A stretch of DNA of 63,970 nt, filler included, from Bigelowiella natans CCMP2755 (taxonomy: Eukaryota; Protista; Cercozoa): assembly GCA_000320545.1 (NCBI GenBank). It is 3 parts of 3 records of this genome, joined end to end, with 100 filler letters (N's around TTAATTAATTAA, not from the genome) between each part and the next. Parts side by side here need not be neighbours in the genome. Positions count along the whole stretch, not along the records: positions 56,823 to 63,970 come from ADNK01002167.1; 2 more parts are not named here. One strand, given 5' to 3'. Within the stretch, counting starts at the first letter, position 1. Every line of letters starts with the position of its first letter. The notes beneath the pieces are model-generated. The model worked only from the letters and a program-made list of their open reading frames with translations. It did no database searches and was not told where the DNA came from. The position numbers were made by a program, and so were the translations under genes. This document shows positions 57,883 to 63,970 of this stretch, in pieces.

Positions 57883-58401
57883 ATGCAGAGCTCTATTCAC
57901 TTATAAGTAGCATGCAAACGGTGAAAGGACTTCGGGTTGAGCTAGCTGTACGTGTACAGCATCTACACGCATGTGTACGACAATGAGCTCACAATAGATA
58001 GCTGCCATAATGACTCATGGCTTTCGCCGTACGTGTGCGTACGTTACTTCGAAACGCATTTCAAGTGAAACAACGATAGCTGCACACGCTTTGTAACCGA
58101 CGTTTAACATCATTAGCGTTTTCGTTGCCCACATGCAGCGAGCAACTATCATGTTTTAATGGCGAATGTCAAGGTGAAAACGTAATGCACGCATTATAAG
58201 ACAAGGGTATGTATATTAAATAAGCAGATCAGATTTATTTCTAGGTGCGTACACGAAATATTATTAAGACTCTTCGAGGAGACAAACAATGCTAATTTAC
58301 AAATAAATAGTGTATCAGCATGTGGCAGGGGCTAGTATATCTTTTGTGTTATTCTAAGCAAAGTCAATCTATTTGCATTCAGACATATTTTACATTCATA
58401 A

Positions 58402-59575
58402 TTACAAATGAAGAAGTGCATCATCAGTTTCTTGGTCGAATTTTGCCTCCTCCCCCTCCCCTTCCCGGATGATGCAGCGTTTCAGCAAGGGGAATTGCTC
58501 CTTTTCTGTTCCACACGGCGAAACCACGATTCTCACAAGCTCAATCAGAATCCATCCCAATCCCCACAGCCCTAGCAGTGCAAAGATAATCCACCAGATT
58601 GCCTCACCCACGCGATCTGTCTCGAGACGCGGGATCATACTCCGAGCATATTGCATCCCCACAACAGGCTGAATCGGTAGGTACGCAGCAACCGATGCAG
58701 TGGCCGAGAGAACGATCCGCCACCAGCTCGCTCCCATGCTTCGCCCACACAACCCGACGAAAAGAAGCGGAATCATATACGTCACACCGACAGCAACTTG
58801 CCCGTAGATGTAGGCGAAGCAGATGTTCGTAAGGGTGTTGTGCTCGGACGAATTGGGAAGGACACCGACGCGCTCCCTCTCTTTGTCAAGAGAGTTCTCG
58901 AAATATATCGGGGCGAAGAATGCTGTAGCTATGATGAGCAGAAGCCACGCGCAGGAGATGAACCAGGTATCCGCGTTGTCAAGGTTCGTTAGGCGTAGGC
59001 GTAGTGTATCGCTGCTGCATGTATCTAACACACGCCCAACGTCCTTATTGGCACTCTTGTAATAGCCCGTTCTAGCGTAAGCCCAAAAAAAGCTTCGCTC
59101 CAACGCAATACGGGCATTCCAACTAGCAACCATCATGTACACAATATATGCCACTCCGGGTGAAATGAGAAGGATTGGCGCCAAGAAATGGCTTCCTGTG
59201 CATGCAATCTTCCAAGCAGGGGTTAGTTCTCTAGCTCTCGCGATCGTGAATAGCCATGCCAAGGACGATGAGACTGTGATCGAAGCAGCTCCTAGGATGA
59301 AGATGTTGCTCCAACGTGCTTTAAGTCGATGACCAATTAGGCCAACGATTATCATCGGGATGTAAAGGAGGACATCAGCAATCGCACCGCCTTTATTCAT
59401 CGCCACACCGGCTGTAGTAATATCTTTGTTCGATTCGACAAAAGCCCAAGCTGATGCCGTCCGATACGAAAATAATGAGAGGCCTCGACCAACACATAGA
59501 TATAGAACGAGAATCCTGAGGAACACAAAAAAAGACAAACTCAATTGCAGGTTGGAGAAGTCGAGCGTCGCATCC

Positions 59576-59615
<40 letters not shown>

Positions 59616-59955
59616 AGCTTTGTTTTCTATTCAAAAGAAGCCTACCATCCGATGACTTGAACAGCCCAGTGAATGCGTTGGCTCTGTTTCGTACAGATTC
59701 CGGGCTCAGTTTCGGAGCCTCCCCCCCGCATGGTTTTCGGAGGTTGACTTCCGATTCTCGACACCGATGTTCTTCCTCGCTTCGTGCGATGTGACGCCAC
59801 GTTGGACACACCGGCCTCGTACCGGCGAAATCCTCATTTCGGAAGCAAATGCGGCAAAATTCGGACAAAAATGGCCTGGGATCGAGAGCTCGAACGCTCA
59901 TAGCAGCCACAAGAAGAAGCCCGCTCTCTCCTTTCTCTCTTGTGGTGGTTGTCAT
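58402..59955 (-). CDS. Multi-pass membrane protein with an internal duplication; probably one intron around the (GA)n tract at 59580-59610
   Basis: Long ORF with about 8 hydrophobic segments. The two halves resemble each other: ADVLLYIPMIIVGLIGHRLKARWSNIFILGAASI versus VGVTYMIPLLFVGLCGRSMGASWWRIVLSATASV. Likely start is MTTTT at 59955; an upstream in-frame ATG lies at 60195. Confidence 0.75.
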
Positions 59956-60208
59956 CGTGAAATTAGGCGAAAATTCCCTTGGAAGTACTAATAAGAGCTG
60001 TGCGCTACATTTTTCCAGGGAGACTGGGATCTTGGCCTGTCGCGCCTTTTTAGTACCGTAATTAACCAAAAGCAGGGCATTTATCTCCCGCGTCGTCTCT
60101 TTTTGTCCGTGGATTTCCGGAAGCCGATCGGCCAGCGAGCGAGCATCGGCAACACCCACGCCCAGAAGACGACGACGACGACGGACGACGTTCATACACG
60201 GACGATTA

Positions 60209-62295
60209 ATGATGGACTCTCGTAACCTCCCCCCCCTTTTTCCTTACTAGAGAAACGCTGATTCGAAGAGTTGGTGCCGTGACTAGATTGTTTTTTCAGG
60301 CCTAGTTACGCTGGGTGCTGCCTTCACCTCGGGACTGCTCGGAGGATCGCTCCTTACTTGGGCGATGTCAGGGAGGTGCTTTCTTGAGCATTGCTGAAGC
60401 ACGGCGTTCCCATATATATACAATTATTTGCTACATGATTGATGTTAAATTATAGACGAACAGCATGTATTGGCTGATGGAAAAGTGAACTGCACTAAAC
60501 TACAAGCATATGTGCAAAGAAAACCCACACAATACACACAAGTACACACACACACACACACACGCACACGCACACGCACACGCACACGCACTCACTCACT
60601 CGCTGTGCTTATTTTTCATTAAATAATGATACTCACAATCGTAGTATCAATTACTATGAAATTAGACCTGTGTGCCTGTTATGATGCATCGTCCATTGCT
60701 TGCAGAGGGAATGCCCATAAAGAACAGCTGCCACGTTCGGGGGGAGTGGATGATAATAATGATGATGGGAAATCCTCGCCAAATCTGAGCGAAAAGGAGG
60801 CAATCAAGGTGTTGTAAGAAAAATATCTAGCTCATCGCTTCATAAACATGGTTCGATACAAACTGAGAAGGACTACCAAATCCAACGCACTTTGGAATCG
60901 ATTTGGTTTTTTTTTGGTGAACATGGTTAGGTTGCTTCTACTTCTTCCTTCCCTGAAGCAGTAGTTGTGTTGGGAGGAGGCCGCCCAGCCAAGCTGTCGG
61001 ACCCCCCTGCCTTCGTGAAGAACCGCTGCGATGTTGCTGCTAGAATTTACCAAGAGGCGCGGGTGATACATTTGCACTGAATGAAGGAGATATTGGCTGT
61101 ATGAGATGCTCAAATATCGTAAAAATAAACAATAACAAAACGAGAATATATTCATGCAACTTCTTCGCGCCTTCCCCCTTCACCCCCCTCCTATTTCTCT
61201 CTCCTCCCTCCCTCACGTTGGGAAATTCTCTATACTTTTCAGAAATCTGGGCGAAGGGTCGTCATCGTGACATTGAGTGCTGGATCTGCGGTACTACCGA
61301 GATCACCTGCACATCAGTCAACAACTTCCGCTGATATTTGATTCATGTTATATCTGAAACAAGCGGGGGGGGGGGGGAGGAGAATCACATAAGTTGGTTA
61401 CTATATTTACGCGCATCTATTTTACTAATGCCTACTTGCAGCATACACCCCAGCTGCTAAATGAAGGGGGGCGACCGATATGGGAATCCGCTGCCTCTGC
61501 TGCTTACATAGTAAGATCGCATAATAGAATAGCTGGAGGAGGATCACTCGGAACGTTTGTCTCTCGGAATATGCTGTTCTTCTCCCATCACATCGTTATC
61601 CTCATCAACAGCAACAGCATCTCATCGATGAGCATCATCCATAGGTGAAAAAGTACGGAATCGACCCTGGTGATATCGTGATGGAGACGACTTCATACGA
61701 CACCATTGGCAATGCCTACTTTGCGCGGACCCGTTAGTGCCCAGATACACACACACACACACACGCACACACACACACACACACACACGCATGCACACAC
61801 GCACGCATATATAGCGTGCATGTGCGTGTATTGTTCCAATGAGTCTTAAAGAAGAATATCAACTAGCACAGAACTAGCACGGAGCGACCGAGCAGCAGCA
61901 CCTTTGCTTTTGCATCTTATAACCCACTATCTTTATCTGCTCTTCCGAATGCTGAGATTGTTGATAGCGTTGCTACCTTTGAAAGCTGTTCTTAAATAAG
62001 ATCTAAACCATCCCCCCCCCCTCCTCCTCCTCCTTCATTTCAGAGATATGCGATCCGATGGGCTGGAGGCGGGTGTGGGTAGTGACCTCGGAGTTCCACA
62101 TGCCGCGAACGCAGGCCATATTTGACTGGATCTTCTCGTGCGAGGGCCCATTTCGCCACAGAAAGCTCGCAAGGAGAAGGAAGCAATGTCGGGGAATCAA
62201 TGAAGAAGAAGAAGAATGCATGATATAGATCAACATAAGAGGGAGGAAATTTTACTCTCATTTAGAGTATTTGTGCGTGTGTGTGTCTGTGTGTA

Positions 62296-62332
<37 letters not shown>

Positions 62333-62398
62333 ACCAAACTAGCACGAATGGATGTCATATGTTTATTATGCTTCCCCTTCCTCCATTCCACTCTCATT

Positions 62399-62446
<48 letters not shown>

Positions 62447-62664
62447 ACACATTCTTCTTCTGATTAAATCAGGAGTTTAGCAAAGCATGTGGAGCCCCGC
62501 GCGAGACAGTATTCATATATTAAAGAAGAAGAAGAAGAAGAAGAAGAAGAAGAAGAAGAAGGAGGAGGAGGAGAAGGAGAAGGAGGAGAAGGAGAAGGAG
62601 GAGAAGGATATGATGATGATGATGATGATGATGATAATTACGGAATGAACATACCAGCACTCGA

Positions 62665-62701
<37 letters not shown>

Positions 62702-63049
62702 AGAGAGATATATATAGTACATATCCCTACCATCATTTCTTTAATTCTTATGCCGTTTTCATCGTTAGAATTACCACACTGAAGGGCGTGTTGCTTTTCC
62801 TCACGACGGACCATGGGATGTACGTATCGTCCTTTTTAACCTCCATGATCTGCGATGCATACATGTGTGGGGAAGACTACTAATCAGCTCTCTGCATACA
62901 CGCCGCTCGCTCCGAATAGACTAATAGAATAATGACCTTATCGCTGATTGCTGCTGCGACTTCTACATGCCAGGTATTCTGTGAAGGGACTCAAACAAGC
63001 ACCTGAAGCGGTATCAGAGGAGCTGAAGAACTCTTACCGCGCGTCGTAA
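60209..63049 (+). CDS. DUF218 (YdcF/ElyC/SanA-like) protein with an N-terminal hydrophobic segment; multi-exon
   Basis: EAVVVLGGGRP..PPAFVKNRCDVAA, IVTLSAGSA|HTPQLLNEGGRPIWESAASAAY, YGIDPGDIVMETTSYDTIGNAYFART, GWRRVWVVTSEFHMPRTQAIFDWIFS, VLLFLTTDHG, ...ELKNSYRAS* (TAA 63047-63049). Confidence 0.85.
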
Positions 63050-63623
63050 TGATAGCATCGATCTATTTGTTCCAGCAGTGTGTTTTATTTTAGACATAGT
63101 AATATAATATATAATATATGCGTATAAAATATTACGTTGTCTATTATTTTTACTTCTATAATCTCTATTCAGCGCGCGTTGTTGTTCGTTACACACCTAC
63201 GTGCAATGTGTAGATGCGCCGCCTGCATGCATCGCAATCGATGGCACGCGCACAACTAGCACGTCGCAAATTCGATTCTGAGCGAAGCGTTGCGCAGGCA
63301 GCTACAATACATGTGTGAACAATGGTACTGTGTGGCATGTGCCCCCCGTTTGAGGCTAATGCTAGTTTGTCTCTTGATCGTCATCACGTCATCACTGAAG
63401 CACAAGCAGATGGTTGCGCTTTCATTGTGTCTACAGTACTAACGGCACGCACTGTTGGTACTCCAACGCTCCCATCATAGTATCTAGTCATGGCCAGGCA
63501 CCACGCGAGCATGCGCTCATCGTACAACATCTCCACATGCACATTGCACGTCGCACGTGACGCATACATAGTGTGTATATAAAGTGAATACTAATAGATA
63601 AAGTGATGGAGCGCATACTCTAC

Positions 63624-63933
63624 TCATTCAGTTTTCCTGTTGTTATCTCTTAAATAATCCGAAATGGATGATTTCCTCACACGGACAGCGTGCAGAAAGT
63701 CTTCAAAGATGACCTTCACGTCCCCTCCTCCTCCTCCTCCTCCTCCTCCATCTCTCCGAAGCGCATTTATAGAGGCCTCGCGGCACACGTTCTCGATATC
63801 CGCTCCTAAATATCAGAAATGCACGTCATCATCGAAGAAGATGAGAAGAAGAGAATCGCCGTAAGGGCGTAGTAAGTTGCGCGGCGACGATGACGATGAT
63901 GATGATGATGATGATGTGCAAATCTCCACGTTT

Positions 63934-63970
<37 letters not shown>
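63624..63970 (-). CDS. AAA+ ATPase (CDC48/AFG2/NVL-like), last exon(s) with lid domain; continues beyond the window
   Basis: Exon 63805-63624 reads GADIENVCREASINALRRD...VIFEDFLHAVRVRKSSIS...TE*. Confidence 0.85.

Overview
This is eukaryotic nuclear DNA from an intron-rich, gene-dense, microsatellite-laden genome. The style suggests a protist, possibly a chlorarachniophyte or other rhizarian, but that is inference only. There are two scaffold gaps carrying a TTAATTAATTAA linker (30339-30438 and 56723-56822). Most ORFs in the supplied track are intronic microsatellite read-throughs, so I rebuilt the real genes by hand from GT/AG-bounded exons. About 17 protein genes, in order: bacterial-type glucokinase (+), TBC+TLDc protein (-), pectin-acetylesterase/GH79 fusion with a TM anchor (+), GST-kappa with PTS1 (-), GH15 glucoamylase (+), PPR protein (-), 7TM protein (-), conserved hypothetical (+), L-type lectin-cornichon fusion (-), SPX protein (+), PfkB/pseudouridine kinase with PTS2 (-), two hypotheticals (+,-), JmjC protein (+), duplicated membrane protein (-), DUF218 protein (+) and an AAA ATPase 3' end (-). 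The most striking signal is a ~3 kb transposon-derived island (about 40.0-43.25 kb) almost stripped of TpA dinucleotides, apparently by TA->TG/CA changes. It has a 662-nt TA-free run, a 260-aa ORF with no tyrosine, and paralogous copies that differ by exactly those changes. This looks like a repeat-directed hypermutation running in the opposite direction to fungal RIP. Also notable are the strict +/- alternation of neighbouring genes and two unusual domain fusions. Exon boundaries and counts were done by eye and need computational confirmation.
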